Assembly: GCA_965637545.1 (NCBI GenBank)
Contig: OZ281496.1
Span: forward strand, 16,306,001 to 16,370,000
Reading direction: 5' to 3'
Origin: Phallusia mammillata
Taxonomy: Eukaryota
Length of the DNA: 64,000 nucleotides
Shown: in pieces, positions 51,621 through 63,524 of the stretch
Position numbering within the stretch: the first letter of the stretch is position 1
How the letters are laid out: every line of letters starts with the position of its first letter
Program-made: the position numbers and the translations under genes
The notes under the pieces: model-generated
Told to the model about the DNA's origin: nothing
The model's input: the letters and a program-made list of their open reading frames with translations, nothing else
Databases searched by the model: none

Positions 51621-52399
51621 TGAATTCCCTTGTGATGTTGCTGCACAACAATACATGTGGTTGCATATGCTTTTCACCCAAGGTCCCAACTCTTTGCAAT
51701 AGGCTTTGTTAGAAAGTGCTGTCAGTTTCTTTTGGATTTCTGAATTGAAAACCATAAACACAAATATAGTGGTGTATGCTCATCTTTTATTTCTATCATA
51801 CTTGTAGCTACATGCCAAACATAATGTTTTGTTTCTGACGATTCTTCACTAATGTATTTAATGATTTGTGGATGCCTGTCAGTCACAAAGGCTTTAATAA
51901 ACAATCATTTGCTTGTGATGTTTTCAATGCATCCCAAGAATCCTTCTTTTTCCATATCATTGCTGTTTGCCACTTCATTGCTCTAGAAAATATTATGAAA
52001 TTACCATCTGAATACATTAACAAGGTTAATAGCAACAATTTTATTGTTGCAAAGATCCATCATTCATCATTGTGTATGTACCAAATTTGTGTCCAGGGAA
52101 ATCTGCAGTTAATTTACTTCTGGTACACCATTTAAGAGGTAAAGAAGTTTTCCTTTACACACAATGTATTTTGGTTCATAGCTTAGATTGGGTGGTTCCC
52201 AAATGAAAATATATTGATATTATCACACCTTTTTTCATAACCACACTTTTTTGTTATTACCAAGTAAATGGCATGACAATAAACTAAATTAGTATGACAT
52301 AATGGTAATATTAAAGACTATAATGTTAAATGAGATTATGTCAGAAAACAATTAATTAAAGCATACCATATGCTACTTTTCTTACAACTGCTCTCAATG

Positions 52400-52689
52400 C
52401 CATTTCTTGCTGAAGAAGACTGTTCTAATGAATACATGGAATGGCATTTGGCTTTAACACCAGAACTTTTGCCATACTCCTGTCTGCTGCATTTTATTTG
52501 TGAAACATTCATCTGTGAAATGTAGGCTACAAAGAACACTGTATTTCGTTGGTCCCTTTTTTTCACGTTAACAAATTTAATCCAAGCTGACCGCAATCGC
52601 TTTATATTTGGAAAGCGAAAAAGTGTCAAATTGCTGGCCTTTTGATTTCCTCTTGAATTGCAACCATACAAAGAACACACTGCAGGCAT
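52400..52689 (-). pseudogene. THAP zinc-finger domain (frameshifted)
   Basis: MPAVCSLYGC..LFRFP..LRSAWIKFV; then, in a shifted frame, SVLCSLHFTDECF and KPNAIP. Confidence 0.8.
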
Positions 52690-53036
52690 TTTTGCACACT
52701 TGAGTATAAAAATGAAAACATTTAAACACCAAAATACCTAAACTGACTAACGTAATTGGCGTCGCAGAACGTTAACAACCACCGACTACAAACAAGCTCC
52801 AAACCAAGTTGGTACGAGGTGACGTCACATGGCGTTTGAGCTCAGTGACAAAATATCCGCAAGGTGTCAGTGTTTTTAGATTTAAAACGTAAATATTTGA
52901 CTAGTAACTTCGATTTTTGTGGTTTTAAATCTGAAATCGTGTTTATAAAAATACGACAAACAACATATTAAAAAATAATTTTCCGGTGCCGGGGCTCTTT
53001 AAGGTAAATGAATTTAGAGTTTTCAATTGATAAGAA

Positions 53037-54666
53037 ATGGACACAAACAAGGCTCAATTTTACCTCTTGTGTTGCAAATACTTGCTGCAAGTATACTCAG
53101 TTTTTTCTTATTTTCAAAAACGTCAAAGGTCAAGAAGGGTATTGTTTGCAGTTTTATCAAAAACAAAATCTAATCAGACAGAGAAAAAGTTAAAAAGAAT
53201 TTGGATGTTACCAAGGTACTATGCATTTCACTGCCGACTTATCTTAAGTTTCAGGTTTAAAATTTTTGTATTGCTTCAGATCACAAGATTTTTGGGAAAA
53301 AAATGTCAGGAATTTTGATGATTCCCAGTGGATAAAACATTTTAGAATGCGCAAAGCTGACTTTGAACGATTAGTTGGATTGGTCTGGAATGAAATGAAA
53401 CCTGGTTAGTTGACAATTCTTTTTTTTTTTTGTTTTTTTTTCAGTACTTTTGTATTTTTCAGACGAATTTGCTGTTAGACAACCAATTGATACAAAAAAA
53501 CGTGTTGCCATTGGTTTATACAAGCTTGCATCCTCTGCTGAGTACAGAACCATAGGTGAACTGTTTGGAGTTAGTGAAGCTTCTGTACATAACTGTCTAT
53601 TGCGGTAAGTTTTGAGAATTATATTCTTGTCTAAAATAGCTAAAAACTTGCTTTTGTATCAGGTCATGTCTAAAACAACTAAAAACTTGCTTTTGTATCA
53701 GGTTGTGTAATGCCCTCGTGAAACAGATAACAAATCACATATTTATGCCTGGCAATGAAGAGGCCCAAGAAATAGCCAGAAGATTCGAGGAAAAGTCACA
53801 CTTTCCTCAGGTATGAGAAAATATGTTTTAAATTTGCAAGGTGTATATAATTGCTCTTTGTTCCTAGGTAATGGGCTGTATTGATGGTAGCCACATAGCA
53901 GTAACTGCTCCAGTTAAAGGAAAAAAGGATTACACTAACAGAAAAGGTTGGGATTCTTTGGTTCTGCAGGGTGTTGTGGATGACATGTACCGGTAAGCAA
54001 AGTTATGTTTTATTTGTATACATGAGGTCACTCGATTTTTTTCAGTTTCAGAAACATTTCTGTAAAAATGCCAGGAAGTTGCCACGATGCTACAGTCTTC
54101 AAGAACTCTGGATTATTTAAAAATTCCAATATGCTTCCACAGGTTGGTATTTGATACACATGGTGTTTTAGTGATAAACTGAGTTTTAAATGTTGTTTTT
54201 TTGTTCAAAGGTCCCGATTGTAATTGAGGGATTTCGTGTGCCATTACTAATCCTTGGTGATCCAGCATACCCACTGCTGTCCTGGTTAATTAAGCCATTT
54301 ATTGGTTCAAATCTTTCAGCAGAAAAGGAATCTTTCAACTGCTATCACAGCAGTGCACGAATAGCAGTTGAAAATGCATTTGGAAAACTAAAGGCACGAT
54401 GGCGTATTTTAAGAAAAATTGAGTGTGATATAACTTTTGCTCCTAAAATCATTGGGGCTTGCTGCATATTACATAATATGTGTGAAGATTTAAATGTGCC
54501 CATTGCTGATACTGTGGGTCGACTGCAATTCACTACTGTTGTGCCTCAGCAGCCAGTTAGTCGTCCATGTGATGCTGCAGACCAAGATGGTGTACTATGT
54601 AGAAATTCTTTGCTGTCACATGTTGTAAAATCTTTGCCATTGCGTGAATCTAGCCGCTTCCTTTAA
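53037..54666 (+). CDS. Harbinger DDE transposase, 7 exons (53037-53215, 53280-53404, 53463-53604, 53702-53810, 53868-53992, 54046-54142, 54211-54666), 410 aa, apparently intact
   Basis: HFRM, RVAIGLYKLA, GCIDGSHI, PGSCHDA, LGDPAYPL, AVENAFGKLKARWR, CCILHN; all introns GT-AG, spliced length 1233 nt with no internal stop. Confidence 0.9.
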
Positions 54667-54721
54667 ATGACCTGCTTTGTTATGTTAAAAAATGCTGTAC
54701 ACATACATTGTTTTGTGAATT

Positions 54722-56261
54722 TTATTCTTCAGTTATAGTTGAGTCGCTGAGTACCTCAACAACCATACACTTAGTAAGTTCAGCCACACCACTTGCGAAG
54801 TCACTTCTTATTTCGGTCATTATTTCTCTCATTAACTGGCGATCCTTTTCACAATTGTCATTGTAAACCTTCACAAATGTAGAGAAGGATGCATCTTCAG
54901 ATGATTCTGGAACACACACACATACAAATACTGACATAGTGTAGGTTTTGCAAAACTAGTTAATAACAATGCACTCACGATTTGTACGGCGTTTTTTTCG
55001 TGGTGGCTGTTTGGTTCTGGAGTTTGGCTCTGGATCTAAAAGTAGAAACAACCGAGTTTAAAAGTTAAGTTTTAAGATTTGTGTTTAACTGCTACCTGCA
55101 CTCTGTGAAGTCTGTGGTTCTGCAGCAGGGGTATCATTACTTGCTGCAAAATAAACATAGGAAATTTTAATAACTGAAAATCAAGATGTACTGTTAAGCA
55201 ATACCTTCAGGTTCAGGTGTGCCGATTCCTGTTTCTTCAACTACTGTATTATCTGCATTTATTAAGAAAGTATAAGACTAAACGGAGTTACCAAGTATCC
55301 CTAACTCATGCAGTAGAATTTACATGTAATGTTTAGAAGGTAATATACATCAATAAATGTGTATCAGCTTGAAGTCTTACCATCTGGATCTTTACTTGGT
55401 CCGGCAAGTGAATCCACCCCACTGCTACACATTGCCTGAATAGTTAAAAAAATCCTCTTTTATTTGGACTTTGCCTGCCTATACACGAGTATTACTGTAA
55501 TAAAGTATCCACCACATTAAAATGTACCGTAAAGGTACTGCAATGTAATTAAACTTTAGCTTGCAGCAACAAAAATGTAATGTATAAAAAAATATGAACC
55601 TTTGCTGTTGGTCTGTGTTGAAACAGTGAGTTCATTTTTGTGTAAAACTCCCACTGGGTTCCTCTATTAGAAGCACCAGAAGTGTTTAAAGTTACTTTGA
55701 TTTTATTGTATGCTTTTTTGAGATTTTTCCATTTTTCACGAATTTGCTCCCTTGAGTAAAAAAGGAAAGGCTTTAAAAGGAATATAAGGAGGAAACTAAA
55801 CATCATGCATAGAACAAATCACTTTGTCTACTTGCTTCTTAACTATTGCATGTAGTTCAATTTAAAGAATTTGGGAGATTAACAAGAAAAATTCTAATCT
55901 TAAACATAACTGCAATAATTTTGTTAATGCATTCTAAATCAATCGCAAAACATAAAACCCAACAGACAAGCTCAATTAATGACACTTGATTAAGTTAAAG
56001 GCTCAGTCTAACTTTTAAGTTTTTCTGTCTCCTTTTCTGTCTCCTGGGGCTTTGCATTTAATTGTTTTATTTTTGTTATACTAACCATGTGTAAAACATA
56101 TTAAACTGCTCCATTTGTTTAGCTAAATTTTGAAAAATAACTTTGTTTCTTTGTGTTCTTCCATCAATTTTTTGAAGAACCCTGCTTTCCTGCACTAAAT
56201 CTATCAGGCAATTGATGTCACTTGAGCTCCAGGTTGCTCTTTTTTGGCTTTCAGTATCCAT
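54722..56261 (-). CDS. Harbinger Myb/SANT-like (trihelix) DNA-binding protein, multi-exon; middle exons not fully resolved
   Basis: TWSSSDINCLIDL..RNKVIFQNLAKQM; REQIREKWKNLKKAY..WEFYTKMNSLF; acidic C-terminal exon. Confidence 0.75.
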
Positions 56262-56581
56262 TATTAATTGCTACAACCTGTATCTGACCCCTAAAAATAC
56301 ACATTTAGATTCACCACCAAATCACTAACCCGGTATCTATGCGTGTAACCTACCGTCGACGGGCGGGTTATCGTTGCCGCCTGCTAGCCCGCTAAAAATC
56401 GGTCAACCGTAGCGACGCAAACCGTGCGTCAAAATATGCGGGTTAACTTAGCGAGTTAACTCGGTTAATTTGTCCATGTAAAGAGGCTTAATGACTGTCG
56501 GGTGGCATTAATGAGTTGTGGGAACATTTGTGCCGGACTGCGCGAGAGTTTGAAGAAAATCTCCTTTTGAAAACGGGGTTG

Positions 56582-56912
56582 TGTCACAAATATTCTAGAA
56601 CGCCCTATGATAATATCCCACGTCCCAATTACCACGCATCACGGGTATTTTCTGTACGTCTAGAGTCTTTCGTTGCAGGCGCTATTGTGTTGTCATTGTT
56701 CTACTGTGCTATAATTTTATCGTGTCGCCGTTGCCCGTTGCAGGGTTCATTGTTTTATCTAAAGGAAATCGTCATAGCGAGTTAACGCCTTTTTCTGAAT
56801 AAATGTAAAAGGAAAGGTTTCTTGCCGATCAAAGTACACGAGCGTTAGCTGTTAAGGAACTTCCGATAGTCAGTCCTATCTTTTGCGTACCCGTGAAAAC
56901 GGGAACGTGACA
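56582..56912 (+). repeat. 3' LTR (331 bp; about 130-bp deletion and 10-bp insertion relative to the 5' LTR)
   Basis: TGTCACAAATATTC...GAACGTGACA, followed by AAAAC. Confidence 0.92.
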
Positions 56913-59799
56913 AAAACCTTCGCCTCAATTTTGTTTTGATTTTGCAGCAGTGAGCATTCCCGGAGGAATTGTTGAGCTGCAAGATCGGGCCCCCGTTCCT
57001 CGGGTCGAAATCCAGGTCAAATTAGGACAAACCCCGGAGGACTGATTCGGAGAATCACAGATGATATTAATCGGCTGGTTGAGAAGACCAAATTCCTGTT
57101 TCCTCGTGCCAAGGGTATATTTGTATCAATTTTAGTTATGATGCCAAACCTTTTGATGCGCATTAAAGTTTATTTGGCGATTACACAATTTGTTTTTGGC
57201 AGGTGTTTTGCTCTGGCATACTCCCACTTCATTGGTACTGCTTTAGTTATTGGTAATCAAAGACATCCTTACTCACCACAATAAAGTTGAAAATTACCAT
57301 TCTTTGAACCACTTTTGTTATGTTTACCTGCGAAGTGTGCTGCGGCAGAAAATTTTAGTTCTTTAATGTGCCCCATGCTTAAAAAGTTTGAGAACCACTG
57401 CCAAAAAAACCTTATACAATGAGTTGTACACAACATGTGTTTAGGTATAAAGTTGTCATTGTTTCAAACATATATAAAAATCACCCTGATGTCACCACCT
57501 AGAAACTGGAAAAGCACAGATCTTACCGTATTGTTATAACGTTTCAACGTTTTCTTTGATGTAAATTATACCAAATGATGTTTTGCACTTTTCCTAAGAT
57601 TTGAAATTTCGATTTCAACTGTTGTCCACGTTTCAATAAAATCTTGTAATGTTTCTTGATGTTCTTATGCTACTTTATCAAATAAACAAATTCTAAACTG
57701 TCCGCAAATTAGGAAATGCAAACATTTTGAGGTTATATTGCAAAATGCTTTAAAAACAGCATAAATGACAGGCAAAAATTGTTTGTCGCATAGCGCGGCG
57801 TGCCGATTTTGCTGAGTCAGACGTCTTTTTTCTTACGATTTTGTCGCATTCTCTCGTATTTGGTTCAGGCCTTAGCGAGGCGTTTGCGAGGACACTTCGT
57901 AATACCAAATACGTCACTATATGCAGTCGGCACAAATGTGCACTTAACATTACAAGGGATATGTCACTTCACACCACAACTGATACGATTCATGCTGCAA
58001 TAAATGTTACCGTTGCATTTCGCCATCTACGATAAAAAATCGACCTTGCAAAATGCTTCGATGTGATTTTCGTTGAAAGTCCTGACGTGGCCCTATTAGA
58101 TCAGGCCGAAGCAGAATGGGCTCAAGTTGACAGGTGCTTCAATAAACATCCAGAAAATGCTATTGCCCCAAATCCGCTAATATACTTCCTGTTGTATTTG
58201 TTGTACTAACGATTGCTCGGATTCTATTCTTTTGTTGCTGCCTATATGCCATTGCCAGGTGTTTCGTCTCTTTTTATCTGCATCGTTGTGCCCAAAGCGT
58301 CGACGTGCGCGCCTCACAGATAAGACGTGACCTGTAGTTCGGTCAGCTTGTCAAACCCGTTTGAACGCGGCAGTGTACAATGTATCCTGTGTTTTTACTT
58401 TTATTCTTTTTATTGATGTTTTATTTTGTGGTTTTATAGGAACTGAAGATGCCATTAGGCGAAATATATATTCCAAGATTTTATCGACTGATTTCGTTAC
58501 TTGGAAAATACTTTCCATTCTTAGTTATTGAATTAAATAAACGGTGATTGTCGATGACCATGCTGTCTGTTTAAATACTCTCAATTTAGAAAGAAAATAC
58601 ACAAATAGTCATGGCCCCCCTAGACAAGTTTAACATGATGAAGCTTATCGCAAAAAGCAAATATGGCGAATTACTACAAGCGTAAGGTCGTCGCTCCACC
58701 TCAAAGACAAGATGCCAGCTCTAAACAAGTTTAAAAGGGAATCAACAAGATGCAAAATTCTCTCCCACTCCAATCCTACTTGGACGTGCTGCGGTCGTCA
58801 TAAACAAGTTGTACATTAGACACAACTTCCATGCTCTTGTGGCTTTTTAACACTTTATTACTACTGTTATTTAGCGTTATCATCCCTTGCTGTGAGAGCA
58901 ATTTTAGCAAACGCAGCATAGAAAACCTGTTCGAACATATATTCCTATGCTTGAAAAATGCTATTCTTAAACATGGAGATAATGAATCGTAACAGGTGAC
59001 AACCATTCTGTCTCGCTCGCCAACATTGGCGTTCATTATATTACGATTCAGGCAGCGCGCTTTGTCAAAAAGACGGAACTGTTTATGAGGTTTATCAACA
59101 ACATATTTTATCTCTGTTTTGGCAATGACAATTTCAGAAAAACTTTTAGTGGTGTGAAGAGCGTGTTTGCATCCCATGGTTTGAAAATAATCTCACAACT
59201 ATATAACAACCGCCCAAACAGAGGGCCATGATTTATTTATTTCTTGATGTGAACCACGCCATCAACCGAAAAGATAAATTCAAGTTCAAAACAATAGACT
59301 ATGTGAAAGATACCGGACCATGCCAAACGGATGGTTCGATCACCCTCCTTCCTTTTTTAAATCGATAATACGGGGAGAAGCAAAACGACTACCAACCTAA
59401 ACTTCCCCCTTCCTTCTAATGCACGTCTTTGGCTAAGTACAGTTGGAAACCTTTTTTGATTCCAACCCAGTGTTTAGTGAGCATGTTCGTTTTACACATA
59501 CCATTTTGGCACTTGGACCGAAACAAATCAAAAAGGTAAGTCACTATATGATGAATCGCGAAGTTTACTTTCCTTACTCACTTAAACTCTTTAAATCTAA
59601 CGAAGTTCAATGTTTTATTCCGACTCCCAATAACCGTAAACGAGCGCAATGTTGTATGAGATGAAATCGCTCATGTGCAACCATTGTGAATGTAGCTGAA
59701 AGTCTTTTAAAGAAAAAGTATATATCAAACGTAGATCAAAAAGTCTTTAAATGTTCCTGAATATTCCTCACCTATTTGCAGTTATATTTTGAATTAGCA

Positions 59800-60940
59800 T
59801 CCCTGCCAAGCAAAGAATTCAATCATTTTCGCCCAAACTGTAAATTTAAAAGCTTACGAGGTTTATTGAAAGAAAAACATTTTTTTTAAACGTCAGTGCT
59901 ACTGGTGATGCAATATTTTAGGCACTTAAGGAAACAGTTTTTAGACTTGGTCTTAAGCTGTCAGATTGTGTCGGCTTAGGCTGCGACGGAACTTCGGTGA
60001 TGGTGGGAAAGTACAATTCCATTTGGTCCCACCAAAAGGCAGTTTCTCCTAATTGAGTTCTCAATAAATAATCGTCATTCTCTCGCTTTATGCGTACAAA
60101 ACACCTTTGAAGAACTGCCAGCCAACTTGGGATACGTTTTAAGCTAAATCCACAAATGGTTGTGCAACAGCGCCTAGCGAAGAGACAGTTTGCAGACCTT
60201 ATTTGACGTGATGAATCCGGATGGCGAACGGCATGGTACCCCGCTTCCGTTCCAAAAACTTTCTACAACATGATGGTTGGTAAGAGAAAAAACAATTGGA
60301 AACATTTTTACCAACTGGTTTGAGCTCCAGGGGTATTTCAACAGTGTTCAGCTGATTTTCCGCAAAGGAGCACTGTACTATGTTTAAAGATCCCCTTAAC
60401 AGGTAGTATTTTTTTGTTTGTTTCTGAGTTTGAGCAAGTCAACTCAGCGTTTCAAGCAACCGACTGTGAACCTCACGAGATGCACACGATTGTACATGTC
60501 CATCACAAAGCTTACAGCCAAGATGTGGATTTCGGAGCCAATTGTTTAGAATTAGATGATTGTGGGGGGCGATTACCGGGATTGACATCGACTTTAAACG
60601 ATGTTAAGTATCAATGGAAGCCATTGAACAGATCGAAAATGGCTACCCGAGGCAAAGGACATCTTCAGGAACTTGGCCCACCTTCACCCATATCATAGCC
60701 TTCCTTCCATTTCAAGGTTTGCTAACTAAAGAAATAGAAGAGCAATACAGAAAAGTTCTGCACACAGTATCGGTGTTTAGTAACTTTATCCACAAGCAAT
60801 GCAATTGTTGAACGAGGTTTTTCTTTAGTTACTGCCATCAAAACAAAAAGTACAAACCGGATAAGAGTAAATCTGCTTGAAGCTTTAGTTCGAAGTCGTT
60901 CAAACTTATTTAAAGATGGGATTTCATGCAATAGCTTCAA
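59800..60940 (+). pseudogene. hAT (ZNF862/Blackjack-like) transposase remnant
   Basis: ALKETVFRLGLKLSDCVGLGCDGTSVMVGK; HSLALC; PFQKLSTT.WLVR; EFEQVNSAFQA; SNAIVERGFSLVTAIKTKSTNRI. The element may extend upstream to about 58600. Confidence 0.8.
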
Positions 60941-61961
60941 TACAACTGATCAATGTTTAATAACGAGACGTATATGCACAAAATGTAACTGCGTTTAACA
61001 ATCTGCTCACTTGACAATTGATTATGTTGTAGTGTTTTGTTGTAGGTTTGTTGTTAATCAGAGTATACGTGCGGGACGTGAAATCTGGTAAAACTCTGCG
61101 CAAATCCAGCCTTTCGCTTGACGTTGGTTCGAAAATAATGCTGATTAGAGATCGCAAATAGAGAGGAATGCTTTGTAGAATCTGGAAGTTGTAGATCCGT
61201 AATGGCATGTTTAATTGTAACTCCGTGTTCTACAAACGAAACAGTGCGAAAAATGTCTATAACTAGTGACTAACCTTTTCTCGGGCCTGAACCGTTGCTC
61301 TGACAACTGTAACATAGTGGGAAACCGTTGCCATAAGGCACAGATTAAATCAATATTTATGCCGCAAACAATTCACTTATTTGATCCGCATCTTTGTGTA
61401 TGGCTTTTCTCCAGCCTGGCATGTAGCTGAAACAATTTATGTGCCTGTGCGATTTCGGACCTTGTTACTTCTTTGTCTTCCATATCTAAGCTGCTTCAAA
61501 CAGTTTGATAGCTCGTCTTATCATATTTGTGACTGTCAAACTAGCACAGCAACCAATATTTATGAGTGCACTGACCCGTTACCTGTAGTTTGACAAAAGG
61601 GGATGACGACTTTGTTTAGAAGTCATTCTCTCCGGCAGACTTCTTGTAAAGTTTTTGTGCAAGCTGAAACTTCAAACTTCGATTGAAGAACGAAAAAGTT
61701 TTGATTTATGTTCATGTTTTTCATTTTTGTGTGCTGAAGTTAAACCTCACATAAAGTAAGTAATACCGTTTGGCAACAAATGGCGATTTCATAGTTTGCG
61801 TGTGTTTATTTTTAGCCCATTTCAAAACAAAATTGGCAAAACACATATCTGCGACACGAATGATGTTTAGAAGATGAGCCCCACTTTAAGAAGGTGGTTT
61901 CGTAAAAAGAACAGCAATGATTTATTGACTGTCCCACGGATCAATCCTCTAGCACAGTGTG

Positions 61962-62010
61962 CAGTGGCGGCTCGTGCCTAAAATTACTGGGGGTGCTGCT
62001 CCGAGACTGT
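61962..62010 (+). mobile_element. hAT-like left terminus
   Basis: CAGTGGCGGCTCGTG start with GC-rich subterminal sequence; partner end not found in the window. Confidence 0.45.
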
Positions 62011-63524
62011 GTATTTTCCATGGAAAATTGACACCGTAAAACACGTGACTTTGCCACACAATTTAATAATTTCCGAAAGGTGGCGCACCGAAACAATGGC
62101 GCCTAAATGGCGTATTATATTGGAACCCGTTTAATTGTGTTTTGTTACTTTCGTGTGACAAAAATATCTAATATTAATGGCGTATTAAAACGAAAAACAT
62201 ACCAAACTTACCAGTTTAAGGTAAAGTGTGGCTTGTTACTTTTGGTTGAAAAAATATTTATGGAAAATTTTGTATTTCACAACTGTACGATCCAAAGCAT
62301 AAGTATGCGGGAGGGTGAGGGAAAGGTAAATGTGAAATATCTATTAAAGGATGGAAAAGTTCAATATGAATAATTTAAAATATTGTGTTTGTTGCAGAGA
62401 AAACGTTACAACAAAAAAAGAGAGAAACGGTAAGATTAAAGTTTTATCGTCAAGTAAAACAGTTTTTGTGTATTGCATAGTTCCAAGTGTTAATATACAT
62501 CAATTAATTTTTAGTTTTATCCCGTACCAAAGATTCCATGAGCTGCAAAGGTTAGTGAATTTTTCACAATTGGTTTTATTGGAAAGTATGTTTTATATTT
62601 TATGCCATACTTTTATTTTTAAGGTTGAAAAAGGTTCCCCCAACAACTAAGTAAACAAGATATAATCATTTTTCATGCAAATCGTGTAATGTATTATTTG
62701 TTCACAGATGGTTGCCCAGGGAAGTTTTTTTTTCAAGAAGTAAGGCCTATTTTTTTTAATGTGTGTCTCTTGTGTATACAGCTAATGTGACACTATTGTT
62801 TTTTTTGCAGAACTTAGAACAAATTAATGAAAATGAAACTGTAAGTTTGTGTTGATGTCTAATTTAATTTAATGTTGTAATGGTACCACTAATGACACTA
62901 TTGTGTTTTGAAAGATTGCAGAAAAAGAAAATGAAACTGTAAGTTTGTGTTGATGTTTAATTTAATGTTGTAATGGTACCACTAATGACACTATTGTGTT
63001 TTTGTAGAATGCTGAACAGTAAAAAGATTTGAAAGTATGCATAGTACATGCACCCTATTACAATTGTATTTTTGTTATTGACCTGTTTTTGTGCTTCACA
63101 GAAAAAAGAAATACAAGTTTTGGAAATTGCTTATGGTGTTATTCTTTTAGGTTCATGCGAAAGAATTAACACTTACTAGCACAAAACTACATGGTAGTTG
63201 ATGACAGTTTAGGGCAGGGATAGTTAACTTTTTTTGCAATTGCTAATGAAATAATATGAGAATTCCAACCACATCCATGAGGCTCTCATTTGTGATCGTT
63301 GGCATTTTTGTTAACCCAGACGCCTCGCCAGTAGCCCTATGAAACTGGGAGTTTGTAGAACAACCACACCTGTTGAGCGTTCAAGCCTTTAGGTCTTATT
63401 ACCAGCCTAGGCTTTTGGTTAACCACACCTTTGGAGCCTTCAAGACTGCAGCAGACTTCTTGGTTAACCACACCGATAAGGCGTTCAAGCAAAAATGCTT
63501 ATTGGTTAACCACACTCAGGCGTT

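Larger units (their letters stand above)
50847..52998 (-). mobile_element. Kolobok element, internally deleted
   Basis: TTAA TSD; 16-bp TIR AG(G/A)GCCCCGGCA(G/C)CGG; THAP domain and transposase fragments (SNEVANSNDMEKEG, FVTDRHPQI..WHV) on the minus strand. Confidence 0.85.
50628..56488. mobile_element. Harbinger element 2 (carries the Kolobok insertion)
   Basis: 14-bp TIR AGCCT(A/C)TTTACATG; TA-rich 3-bp flanks that are not a perfect TSD; convergent transposase and Myb/SANT genes. Confidence 0.88.
44856..56912 (+). mobile_element. Gypsy LTR retrotransposon shell (pol deleted) carrying nested DNA transposons
   Basis: LTRs TGTCAC...GTGACA; 5-bp TSD AAAAC; tRNA-Pro PBS; gag N-terminus; purine-rich tract before the 3' LTR. 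Confidence 0.92.
44735..57230 (+). pseudogene. SGNH-like gene, copy 4 (44735-44855 joined to 56918-57230), split by the Gypsy element
   Basis: Removing the LTR element and one TSD copy restores the in-frame VLFVSDSNARNLVSPCVVKPSPQFCFDFAAVSIPGGIVELQDR; then, in a shifted frame, DDINRLVEKTKFLFPRAK, an intron, and VFCSGILP. Confidence 0.7.
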
